Source of the DNA: Candidatus Omnitrophota bacterium
Lineage (GTDB): Bacteria; Omnitrophota; Gorgyraeia; DTHP01
DNA length: 63,025 bases
NCBI GenBank assembly: GCA_023819145.1
Contig: JAMWCW010000009.1
Location: forward strand, 1-63,025
Direction of reading: 5' to 3'
A model generated the notes under the pieces. That model ran no database searches and was not told where the DNA came from. It saw only the letters and a list, made by a program, of their open reading frames with translations. The translations under genes and the position numbers were made by a program. Shown piece after piece: positions 1-7,498 of the stretch (positions are counted from its first letter, which is position 1; the number at the start of each line of letters is the position of its first letter).

Positions 1-252
1 ATCTTGATAGGTCAGCCCTTGAGGAAGGATTATTCCGTAGACACGAAATTCACTTATAGGCCCCATCAACTGGCAGTGGTATTTTTCAAGAAACTTAAGT
101 ATCTCTGCTTCGGTAGTTTCTTCTTTAAAACCCACAATTACTCTTTCGGATTCTTTTCTATAAGAGAAACTCTCCGTTTCCATAAGCATCGCCCAAGAAA
201 AAGACGCAAAAAATAGAACAAAAATTATTAAAAACTTAAATATTTTCATCAT
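1..252 (-). CDS. Secreted protein, N-terminal part only (gene runs off window start); signal peptide plus propeptide-like segment (possibly subtilase/inhibitor-I9-type)
   Basis: Absent from the ORF track because it has no stop in the window. Minus-strand ATGATG at 247-252 opens an 84-codon frame that reaches position 1: MMKIFKFLIIFVLFFASFSWA|MLMETESFSYRKESERVIVGFKEETTEAEILKFLEKYHCQLMGPISEFRVYGIILPQGLTYQD. It has a classical n-h-c signal peptide. The VIVGFK...AEILKFLEKY pattern recalls protease propeptides (inference). Confidence 0.45.
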   Translation of the reverse strand, partial: MMKIFKFLIIFVLFFASFSWAMLMETESFSYRKESERVIVGFKEETTEAEILKFLEKYHCQLMGPISEFRVYGIILPQGLTYQD

Positions 253-287
253 TTTTTCAAAATAAATTTTTTTGATTCTTCATAAAT

Positions 288-316
288 AAAATAGCATATG
301 TGTGATTAAGTGTCAA
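288..316 (-). promoter_or_regulatory. Candidate sigma70-type promoter for the 1-252 gene
   Basis: The minus strand reads TTGACA (316-311), a 17-nt spacer, then TATTTT (293-288). This lies about 35 nt upstream of the ATG at 252. Confidence 0.35.
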
Positions 317-526
317 GGGGAATGTGATTAAGAGAATGAATTGTGAGCGTAATTTTCAGAAATGGGAATGAGCTTTATATAAAAAGGGCTTTCTTCCCCC
401 CTCTCTCTTTTTTAGCCACCTACGAAATGGCAAAGTTTTTTATAACTGATTATTTTTTAGATTAGTTATTTAAGTTTTGATAAATTTTGATATTTGTTGT
501 TTAATCTTTATTCTTAATTCGGCAAG

Positions 527-2938
527 TTATTTTTTCTGCTGTAAGTCGCTCAGGTAATTTGCCCAGTATTTCATTCTCCCTAAATTCTTATCCAATTCCT
601 GTTCTAACTCTTTTATCTGTAAGCCATCCTTTCCTAAACCAATGATTGTCCTCAAGGAATCTCGCCCTGAGGAAGAGGTTCTAACTCTATCTGAGCGCGG
701 GAGAGAATATATTCTTGTCTTATCTACGGTCTTTGCTTTGATCAAAATCTTGAGGTTCCTTTCTTTATGCGGAACTCCTTGATAGAGTAACTTCCAATTT
801 ATGTTTTTCGTAGCCATTCTTAATCCCAGCAGTAAAAGTAAGATTAACAAAGCATACTGCAGGTAATAGATATATTCCCTTTCCGGAGGAAGATTCTTAA
901 AAGGAATGATCTTAAGCGCTTTAGAATTTAAAAGAATAAGTTGCGCCAGCAATTTCAAAATCTCTTCCAGACTGAGTTCTTTATCGATACCCAAATTTAT
1001 AAAGATAACCCCCTTAGAAGAAATAAAAGCCAAAACTCCTGCCATTTTAATTACAATTCTTAGCCCTCCAACACCCATATTTCTAAAACTCTCAATAATT
1101 TGTTGCTGAGTTTCTTCATCAATTCCCTCAAATCCTATAAAAATAATCTGCCCTGAACCATCTTCAATTACCTGAACATCAGCATTAATTTGCTCTGCAA
1201 CAAATTTTAAATGTTCTGGATCAACCTTTCCTCCTTGCATAGCCTCAATAAATAAATCCACAAGCATTCCTGCATCCTTTCTCCCTAACCCTTTTAGTAT
1301 GTTCTCCCAAACTCCTTGAGCAACTGCATTGTCTTGTATTAGCGTACTGCCATACCCGAGATATGTAATTGAAGAAACAGAAGTTATAAATTTTAAAACC
1401 TCTGGAGAAAGAACAAGAGAAGCATCATCGATTCCCTCTTTCCTACCACTATCTTGAACCTTTTGATCATTTCCCCCGGCTTTATCCGTTCCTTCGCCAG
1501 CTGGGTCCTTTACTTCGCCAGCCGGGTTCGTTCCTCCGCCAGTTTGGTCCGTTCCTCCGCCAGCCGGGTTCGTTCCTCCGCCAGCCGGGTTCGTTCCTCC
1601 GCCAGCCGGGTTCGTTCCTCCGCCAGCCGGGTTCGTTACTTTGCCATCTTGACCCGTTCCTCCGCCAGCTGGGTTCGTTACTTTGCCATCTTGACCCGTT
1701 CCTTCGCCAACTTGGTCCGTTCCTTCGCCAGATTGACCCGTTCCTCCGCCAGTTGGGTCCGTTACTTCGCCAACTTGGTCCGTTCCTCCGCCAGGTTGAC
1801 CCGTTACTTCGTCAACTTGGTCCGCTCCTCCGCCAGTTTGACCCGTTTCTCCGCCAATTTGGCCTATTACTAATTTACCTTCCCCCTTAGATAATTCGGC
1901 AGAAGAACCACCAGAAACAACTCCCCCACTTTGTGGTAATTGCCCTCCTATTTCTACTATTCCCCGCAACATTTCTTGCTCAACTCTTGTAAATCCTCCA
2001 AAAAGACAAGGATAGGTTCCTGTCTCTGTGGATAAATCTGCTCTTTGCTGGTTTAATGCTTCGACGTCTGTCCCCAAAATGTCATCAGCTATCTTTGCTA
2101 TCTCCGAAAGATATCCTTGAATAACATCATCTTTATGTTCGCGCAATATGCTCGTTCCTATATATGCAAGATAAATCAATTCTTCTAAACAGTGGGAATA
2201 ACCAAGATTATTTTTTACATAACCTAAAACATCCCTAACCGTTCCTGCCAATCCTGAAATATTTCCTGTTCTTGCCGCAAGGGCAAGCTCTACACTCCAT
2301 CTTAGAAGCCTATCGTAACCATTCCCAGAGTAAAGATTATCTACCGCCGATCTAAAAATAGAGCTATAAAGCTGCCTACCGTAATTAATCATATCATAAA
2401 TTCGACCAATTAAACCATTACTACTTTTCTGCTTGGCATTCCAGCGCATCCACGCATCCAGAACCTCTAAATTTCTGTCCACAAAATATCCCCTTTCCAT
2501 ACTCACTAAAGCTCTTCGGGCTATTTCCATTTTTAATCCCTCGTCTATTCCTGGATTGTCAATAACCATCTGAAAAGTATCTGCCATATCTCTTAATAAA
2601 GGCTCTCTCTCCTCTGAAGAAAACTGAGTAAGCTGGCGTTCAGCAAAATGATAAATTTCGTTTAGTAACGTCGCATTAGGCGTAAATGTAAATTGTTCCA
2701 ATAACGCCGTGAATCCTGTTGTCACGATGAGACTATCAGGATCACATTTAGGCATTGTTAATGGAGGAGGAGTTAATTCAGCATCGCTAATAGGAAGCGA
2801 ATACTCACCTCCACCCCATAGATCTATAACTCCATAACCGGAAGGTATCCTTGCTAGTAAAAATAATCCCCCGATTATCCAAATCTTTAAAAGAACCCTT
2901 TTTCTCCCAAACATTTTCTTATTTTTCTCTCCCTTCAC
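527..2938 (-). CDS. Large envelope/secreted protein with central Gly-Thr-Pro-Asp heptad-repeat region; function unknown
   Basis: 803-aa ORF. It has an N-terminal basic stretch plus hydrophobic helix (RKRVLLKIWIIGGLFLLA), a central low-complexity region built from 7-aa units (TNPAGGG, four perfect copies), and a second hydrophobic helix near the C-terminus (YALLILLLLLGL). A consensus promoter lies upstream. No family recognised. Confidence 0.7.
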   Translation of the reverse strand: MKGEKNKKMFGRKRVLLKIWIIGGLFLLARIPSGYGVIDLWGGGEYSLPISDAELTPPPLTMPKCDPDSLIVTTGFTALLEQFTFTPNATLLNEIYHFAERQLTQFSSEEREPLLRDMADTFQMVIDNPGIDEGLKMEIARRALVSMERGYFVDRNLEVLDAWMRWNAKQKSSNGLIGRIYDMINYGRQLYSSIFRSAVDNLYSGNGYDRLLRWSVELALAARTGNISGLAGTVRDVLGYVKNNLGYSHCLEELIYLAYIGTSILREHKDDVIQGYLSEIAKIADDILGTDVEALNQQRADLSTETGTYPCLFGGFTRVEQEMLRGIVEIGGQLPQSGGVVSGGSSAELSKGEGKLVIGQIGGETGQTGGGADQVDEVTGQPGGGTDQVGEVTDPTGGGTGQSGEGTDQVGEGTGQDGKVTNPAGGGTGQDGKVTNPAGGGTNPAGGGTNPAGGGTNPAGGGTDQTGGGTNPAGEVKDPAGEGTDKAGGNDQKVQDSGRKEGIDDASLVLSPEVLKFITSVSSITYLGYGSTLIQDNAVAQGVWENILKGLGRKDAGMLVDLFIEAMQGGKVDPEHLKFVAEQINADVQVIEDGSGQIIFIGFEGIDEETQQQIIESFRNMGVGGLRIVIKMAGVLAFISSKGVIFINLGIDKELSLEEILKLLAQLILLNSKALKIIPFKNLPPEREYIYYLQYALLILLLLLGLRMATKNINWKLLYQGVPHKERNLKILIKAKTVDKTRIYSLPRSDRVRTSSSGRDSLRTIIGLGKDGLQIKELEQELDKNLGRMKYWANYLSDLQQKK
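1478..1860 (-). repeat. In-frame tandem repeat (21-nt unit, degenerate 21/24/42-nt periodicity) inside CDS 527-2938
   Basis: Plus-strand unit cgttcctccgccagccgggtt occurs four times perfectly head-to-tail at 1550-1633, which reads TNPAGGG x4 on the coding strand. It is flanked by diverged copies (GGGTGQDGKVTNPAGGG x2 and others) from about 1478 to 1860. Confidence 0.85.
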
Positions 2939-2996
2939 CTTTTCAAAAATCTAATAACTTTTAAAATTATTTTATTATACTTTTCTTCCCACTATA

Positions 2997-3025
2997 ATTA
3001 TAACATAACATACAATTTTTGTCAA
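2997..3025 (-). promoter_or_regulatory. Consensus sigma70 promoter of the 803-aa repeat protein gene
   Basis: The minus strand reads TTGACA (3025-3020), the 17-nt spacer AAAATTGTATGTTATGT, then TATAAT (3002-2997). Both hexamers match the consensus perfectly. The promoter lies about 55 nt upstream of the ATG at 2938. Confidence 0.55.
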
Positions 3026-3329
3026 GTTATACTAATTTTGCATCCTTTTATTTTAGCAATATAAAGCAAAAATTATGCCTGTTTAGAGGAAAGAAAGAGA
3101 TATTTTCTCAAGTATCTGCTAAACAAAGACTTAGGAACAATAGCCTTCTCTAAACAAGTTCTCTCTCTTCCTTATTTTAGTGTCAATTTTTGTTCCCTTC
3201 TGAGGGAAGAATAACCTTAGCTCTTGAAATTGAATAACTTATGCTTGAAGGCAAGAACTCTCTGGGGGTAACTTTTGTTTACAGAAGTGAGATAAGAGTT
3301 TACAATTGCCGAGAAAAAGGAGATTAAAG

Positions 3330-3660
3330 AAGGTTCATTCCCATCTAAGAAAGAAGGTTATAAATCTTTTTTCTGATAAAAAAACATGCCGAGGGTCACC
3401 TTGGGCAAAAACCACTGCTCTACCTTTACCAAAGTTCCATCGGGTTTATAGAGTCTTTATAGAGTCTTACAGTATAGATTACTCCCATCACATAGGTCCC
3501 GGGCTTAACTTTACTTTCTGCCTGATGAATGAATAACTCTTTTTCTTCGGTATAGGGAATGCTGTCAGGGGTAGTATAAGTTATGGTTAAGTTGTCTCAA
3601 TAATAAGCCTCCTACAGCCCAATCATAGCCCACAAAACCATCTTCTAACTCAATCTTTAA
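3330..3660 (-). pseudogene. Decayed coding remnant (multiple frameshifts), family unknown
   Basis: Minus-strand translation gives coding-like fragments in three successive frames: ...IELEDGFVGYDWAVGGLLLRQLNHNLYYP* / TPDSIPYTEEKELFIHQAESKVKPGTYVMGVIYTVRLYKDSINPMELW* / GKGRAVVFAQGDPRHVFLSEKRFITFFLRWE*. There is no intact ORF. Confidence 0.25.
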
Positions 3661-3671
3661 TTATATATCTA

Positions 3672-3851
3672 TTATATAACAATCTCTTTCCCTAAAGCCA
3701 AATCTCTTAACTCCTTATGCTCTACGCTTATCCCTCCTCCGTCGCGATATTCTAAGACTTCACTTACTATTTTTACAAACTCAACTTCAAAACTTACCTC
3801 TTTACTCTCAGAATCAACCTTTACCAAACTCTCTAAGCCCATTTGTTTCAT
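3672..3851 (-). CDS. Small hypothetical protein (59 aa), below ORF-track cutoff
   Basis: Translation: MKQMGLESLVKVDSESKEVSFEVEFVKIVSEVLEYRDGGGISVEHKELRDLALGKEIVI*. An AGGAG lies 8 nt upstream of the ATG at 3851, immediately after the stop of the upstream frameshifted gene. Confidence 0.4.
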   Translation of the reverse strand: MKQMGLESLVKVDSESKEVSFEVEFVKIVSEVLEYRDGGGISVEHKELRDLALGKEIVI

Positions 3852-3862
3852 TATTAATGCTC

Positions 3863-4152
3863 CTAACTGTTACAAATCGTATCCTGAGGAAGTTCATCAT
3901 CTATTTCTAAATCTTCTAAGGTAAATCTTGTCTCATAAATGCGCCCTTTACCAATGGGGAATACTTTGCAATTCCTTGATTAACTCGGCAGGAGTTAAAA
4001 GAATAGGAAAATCAAATTCCGAATAGGTTTGTTCCATCACATACTTATTTGGCTGGCTATAAAGATAAACAAAGCCTTCGCAGGAAAGTGCAAAATTAAA
4101 GAAAAAAAACAGCAAAACCCAATAAGCCGAGAATTTGATGACTTTTTCTCAT
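3863..4152 (-). pseudogene. Small secreted/lipoprotein-like gene interrupted at two homopolymers (T8 and C4 on coding strand)
   Basis: A strong RBS (GGAGG, then 6 nt, then ATG at 4152) precedes MRKSHQILGLLGFAVFFL*. Removing one T from the T8 run (A8 at 4102-4109 on the plus strand) joins it to ...FNFALSCEGFVYLYSQPNKYVMEQTYSEFDFPILLTPAELIKELQSIP. Removing one C from CCCC then joins ...IGKGRIYETRFTLEDLEIDDELPQDTICNS*. The reconstruction is about 95 aa. Confidence 0.4.
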
Positions 4153-4350
4153 CTCTTTCCTCCTTTTTAATCATTTAACTATTTAACTAATTCTATACTA
4201 TCTATATCCCACAACTCTTCTTTCGTCAAGTATAAAAATTATCTTAACTAATTATTTCTCTATTTTATAAACTCTGATAATCCGCTTTTGCCTTTATCCC
4301 CTTCTTCTCTCCCTTTCCTTTACCCCCTATCAAGAAACGTCACTACCTAT

Positions 4351-4429
4351 CACCCACCACCCAACCCAGTCCACCTCGTAGGTGGCCCCGATGGCCACCT
4401 ACGAGGTGGGTAAAGGGGTTAGTGGTCAG
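4351..4429 (-). repeat. Palindromic repeat copy A (attC-like or REP-like element)
   Basis: Plus strand: cacccaccACCCAACccagtCCACCTCGTAGGTGGCCccgatGGCCACCTACGAGGTGGgtaaagggGTTAGTGgtcag. It contains a 17-bp perfect stem. On the minus strand it reads ..CTAAC...GTTGGGT. It starts 1 nt after the stop of CDS 4426-4659. Confidence 0.8.
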
Positions 4430-4659
4430 AGAATAAATTTCTTACAATTTTTAAAACGGGAAAAGCTTCTTGACTTTTGGGAAGTGGTATTAAAATTAAA
4501 AATGCGGTTAAAGGAATCCAAAAATTTAATATAGCAATCTAAGTCTATATTCTTTCCTCGGGAGGGGAAGTTCTTTTTTGCCATTTTTCTAAACTCTTCC
4601 TGAAGGTGCTTTGCTTTTGCCAAAGACAAGAGTTCTTTTTTCTCTGCTTCACTTAACAT
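4426..4659 (-). CDS. Small hypothetical protein, probable partner of the upstream nucleotidyltransferase (TA-like pair)
   Basis: 77-aa ORF that overlaps the NTase gene by 11 nt, suggesting translational coupling. The N-terminal 55 aa look helical (MLSEAEKKELLSLAKAKHLQEEFRKMAKK...). No family recognised. Confidence 0.45.
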   Translation of the reverse strand: MLSEAEKKELLSLAKAKHLQEEFRKMAKKNFPSRGKNIDLDCYIKFLDSFNRIFNFNTTSQKSRSFSRFKNCKKFIL

Positions 4660-5200
4660 CTTTAATCCTCGTCTTTAATCTTCTAAATTCCTCTTCCATC
4701 TCAAAGAGGGAAAAATATTCTTTTAAATTCTGCCAATCTAAACGCTCTCTATATAAGTCTACCAACGCCTCTATATCCGCTAATTCTTTTATCCTGCGCA
4801 AGGGGTCATTGGCGATTGCTTGCACCTTAAGTCCGATGATATCTTCGGGCAGTAATATTCTTATTGACTCCTTACCGTTAAAAATTTTTCTTTCCTTTGC
4901 ACGCTCAAGCATCCTTAAGGAAATTTTCCGGAAAGCATGAATGAAATCTAAACTTCCCCATTGAGGATTATGGGCACGGAAATGAGAAACATTCTCAGTC
5001 CTAAAATAGAGATGATATCCCAACTTTCTAAGAATCTTATCTAACGCTTCCAGTTCTTCAGCTTCAACCAGAAAATCAAGGTCGAAGGTGGCACGGGGGA
5101 TTCCTAAAGCTCCTAAAGCAAAGCCTCCGATTAAGGCATAATGAATATTCCCCTTCCTAAATTCTTTCAAAATTTTTCTCAATACCCTTTCAAATTCCAT
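4649..5200 (-). CDS. Nucleotidyltransferase-fold protein (minimal AbiEii/DUF1814-like or MNT-like NTase)
   Basis: 183 aa. The motif ALIGGFALGALGIPRATFDLDFLV matches the G-G/S...DxD polymerase-beta-type NTase signature. The C-terminal half is helical. Confidence 0.7.
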   Translation of the reverse strand: MEFERVLRKILKEFRKGNIHYALIGGFALGALGIPRATFDLDFLVEAEELEALDKILRKLGYHLYFRTENVSHFRAHNPQWGSLDFIHAFRKISLRMLERAKERKIFNGKESIRILLPEDIIGLKVQAIANDPLRRIKELADIEALVDLYRERLDWQNLKEYFSLFEMEEEFRRLKTRIKDVK

Positions 5201-5212
5201 ATTTGTCGGTTA

Positions 5213-5289
5213 CACAACCACCCAACCCAGCCCACCTCGTAGGTGGTCATGGGGACCACCTACGAGGTGGGTACGGTTAGCAGGTCAGG
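5213..5289 (-). repeat. Palindromic repeat copy B (attC-like or REP-like element)
   Basis: Plus strand: cacaaccACCCAACccagcCCACCTCGTAGGTGGTCatgggGACCACCTACGAGGTGGgtacgGTTAGCAggtcag. It has the same orientation as copy A and sits 862 nt away. It lies between the DUF1846 stop (5303) and the NTase start (5200). Confidence 0.8.
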
Positions 5290-5302
5290 TTGTTTCGGTT
5301 TT

Positions 5303-6817
5303 TCAGGTTATGAATAAATCGCGGTAGGGGAAATTGCCATCGGTAGTAACATTAATCCTTAACCTCCGCAAACCCACTTCATCTCCCGGAGGAGGAGCAT
5401 AAGTAAGATGGGCTTCACAACCTGCTAAATCTTTCAACTTCTCCATGGCAAGTTCTGCAGTAGGATTGGTAGCAGAAGACATGCTCAACGCAATTAAGGT
5501 TTCATCTAAATCAAGAATCTCACGCTTCATGTGGAGAATATTTTTCTTCAAGGCACTAATCTCTTCAATTATCTTGGGAGAAAGAAGATGAATCTTGTCG
5601 GGAATACCCGCCAGAACCTTTATGGCATTAAGGATTAAACTTGAGGAAGCACTCATCAATAGGGAATTTTTTCCCATAACAATCTTGCCGTCAGGAAGTT
5701 CCAAAGCAGCGCCACAGCCGATAATTGATAAATCTTTCAATTTCTCCTGGGCTTTTTCTGCAAATTCCCGAGCAGGAATTACTACCTTTCTATCTTCAGG
5801 AAAACATCCCAATTCTTCCATCAATAACTCCACCCTCTCCACCACTTCCTTCTTTTCTAACCCTAAAAGATTCTCATAGCGATAGCGGAAATATCTCCTG
5901 ATAATTTCCTGTTTTGCCGCTGAGCTTACTAACAAATCATCAACGATGGCAAAACCCGCCCGATTTACACCCATGTCGGTTGGGGAATGATAAATCATTT
6001 CCGAACCCATAATCTTTTCCATAATTCTTTTTAATACCGGGAAAATCTCCACATCGCGATTGTAGTTTACAGCGGTCTGATTGTATTTAGATAAATGAAA
6101 GGGGTCAATAAGATTAAAATCACCAATATCAGCAGTGGCGGCTTCATAAGCCATGTTTACGGGATGTTTCAGAGAAATATTCCAGATAGGAAAGGTCTCA
6201 AATTTGGCATAGCCAGATTTTATTCCCCGTTTATAATCATGATAAAGCTGGGATAAACAGGTAGCAAGTTTGCCACTCCCCGGACCGGGTCCGGTTACCA
6301 CCACAATGCGATTATAGGTCTCAATATAGGAATTTCTTCCGTATCCCTCTTCACTTACAATTGTGTCTATATCGGTAGGGTATCCTTTGGTGGCTGAATG
6401 TAAATAGACCTTTATCTTGTGATGCTCCAAGCGATTCTTAAATCTCAATGTCTGAGGTTGATTATCAAAACGGGTAATCACAACACCTACAATCTCTAAA
6501 TCATTCTCCCTTAAGTCATCAATCAATTTCAGGGCATCAACATCGTAAGTAATCCCAAAGTCTCCTCTAATTCTTCCTTTTTCGATGTCTCCAGCATAGA
6601 TGCAAAGAATAATATCAATTTTATCTTTTAGGCTCTTAAGCAGTTTTATTTTTATGTTGGGGTCGTAACCGGGAAGAACTCTTGCGGCGTGGTAATCGTA
6701 GAAGAGTTTTCCTCCAAACTCAAGATAGAGTTTTCCGGAAAATTTCTCAATGCGCTCTAAGATTGCTTTCTTCTGTTCAAAGAGGTATTTTTCATTATCA
6801 AAGCCGATTTTTCTCAT
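5303..6817 (-). CDS. DUF1846 (UPF0371) family protein
   Basis: The sequence MRKIGFDNEKYLFEQKKAILERIEKFSGKLYLEFGGKLFYDYHAARVLPGYDPNIKIKLL...VTGPGPGSGKLATC...YAKFETFPIWN is characteristic of UPF0371. I chose the start at the 12th codon of the ORF (ATG at 6817), 2 nt after the kdsC stop. Confidence 0.85.
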   Translation of the reverse strand: MRKIGFDNEKYLFEQKKAILERIEKFSGKLYLEFGGKLFYDYHAARVLPGYDPNIKIKLLKSLKDKIDIILCIYAGDIEKGRIRGDFGITYDVDALKLIDDLRENDLEIVGVVITRFDNQPQTLRFKNRLEHHKIKVYLHSATKGYPTDIDTIVSEEGYGRNSYIETYNRIVVVTGPGPGSGKLATCLSQLYHDYKRGIKSGYAKFETFPIWNISLKHPVNMAYEAATADIGDFNLIDPFHLSKYNQTAVNYNRDVEIFPVLKRIMEKIMGSEMIYHSPTDMGVNRAGFAIVDDLLVSSAAKQEIIRRYFRYRYENLLGLEKKEVVERVELLMEELGCFPEDRKVVIPAREFAEKAQEKLKDLSIIGCGAALELPDGKIVMGKNSLLMSASSSLILNAIKVLAGIPDKIHLLSPKIIEEISALKKNILHMKREILDLDETLIALSMSSATNPTAELAMEKLKDLAGCEAHLTYAPPPGDEVGLRRLRINVTTDGNFPYRDLFIT

Positions 6818-6819
6818 TT

Positions 6820-7338
6820 TTAGAAGTAGCGTTTCGTTACCAGGTCCCATTTATCCTGCGCCTTAAGAATAATCTCAATTACCTCCCTTACTGCTCCTTC
6901 TCCACCTTTATTTACCGTTACATAGTGCACAAAAGACTTTAATTCCTCACGGGCATTAGGCACACAGACCGCAAGTCCTACGCGTTTTAGAATGGGAATG
7001 TCAATCAAATCATCGCCAATGTAACAGACCTCTTCATCTTTTATGCGGAATTTCTTTAACACTCTTGTATAGGTATTTATTTTCTTATAGGCTTTCTGAT
7101 ATATTTTGGTAATGCGCAAATGCTTTGCGCGACGGGTAACTATTTTGGAATTCCCGGCAGTAATAATCACCGTCTTTATCCCTGCCCGCGTAAGGAGAGT
7201 TAAGCCAAATCCATCATGGATGTTAAACGCTTTCAGTTCATCTCCATAATTCCCATAATAGAATTTCCCATCAGTCAAAACTCCATCCACATCCATAATG
7301 AGTAACTTAATTTTTTTTGCCCGCTCAAAAATATCCAT
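6820..7338 (-). CDS. kdsC: 3-deoxy-D-manno-octulosonate-8-phosphate phosphatase (HAD family)
   Basis: 172 aa with HAD motifs LIMDVDGVLTDG and YIGDDLIDIP. It is the last gene of the kdsB-kdsA-kdsD-kdsC run. Confidence 0.9.
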   Translation of the reverse strand: MDIFERAKKIKLLIMDVDGVLTDGKFYYGNYGDELKAFNIHDGFGLTLLTRAGIKTVIITAGNSKIVTRRAKHLRITKIYQKAYKKINTYTRVLKKFRIKDEEVCYIGDDLIDIPILKRVGLAVCVPNAREELKSFVHYVTVNKGGEGAVREVIEIILKAQDKWDLVTKRYF

Positions 7339-7498
7339 AGTTATTCAAACTCTGAACTCAAAATCCAAAACTCTAAATTCGTAATCCGTAAACCGTAATC
7401 CGTAAACTAAAAAACGAAATCCAGAAAATCTTATAAGCTTTCTACAATGAGAAAAACTATCTTTCTCTTAACTTAACTACTTAACCCTTTAACTAACC

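Noticed and set aside
301-346. Three TGTGA words (301, 323, 342; TGTGATTAAG twice, 22 nt apart) overlapping the candidate promoter, as CRP/FNR-type sites
   Set aside because: There is no matching TCACA half-site at the proper spacing. These are short words in AT-rich DNA, so the evidence is insufficient.
1478-1860. Tandem repeats as a possible CRISPR array
   Set aside because: The units are contiguous with no spacers, 21-24 nt long, degenerate, and in frame within a long CDS.
1454-1873. 139-aa plus-strand ORF rich in SSASRVR repeats
   Set aside because: It is the antisense reading of the in-frame tandem repeat of the 803-aa minus-strand gene. It has no independent start signals and is a shadow ORF.
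4351-5289. The 17-bp-stem hairpins as ordinary rho-independent terminators
   Set aside because: On the transcribed (minus) strand the stems are followed by G/T-mixed sequence (ACTGGGTTGGGTGG / GCTGGGTTGGGTGG), not a U-tract. Copy B also lies upstream of a gene start only 19 nt away.
5303-6850. N-terminal extensions of several track ORFs (DUF1846 to 6850, hldA to 11094, plsX to 32620, pta to 35496, recJ to 42249, leuA to 48593)
   Set aside because: Internal ATGs coincide with family-typical N-termini, abut or overlap the upstream stop codon, and/or have better Shine-Dalgarno sequences. The extensions would overlap the upstream genes extensively.
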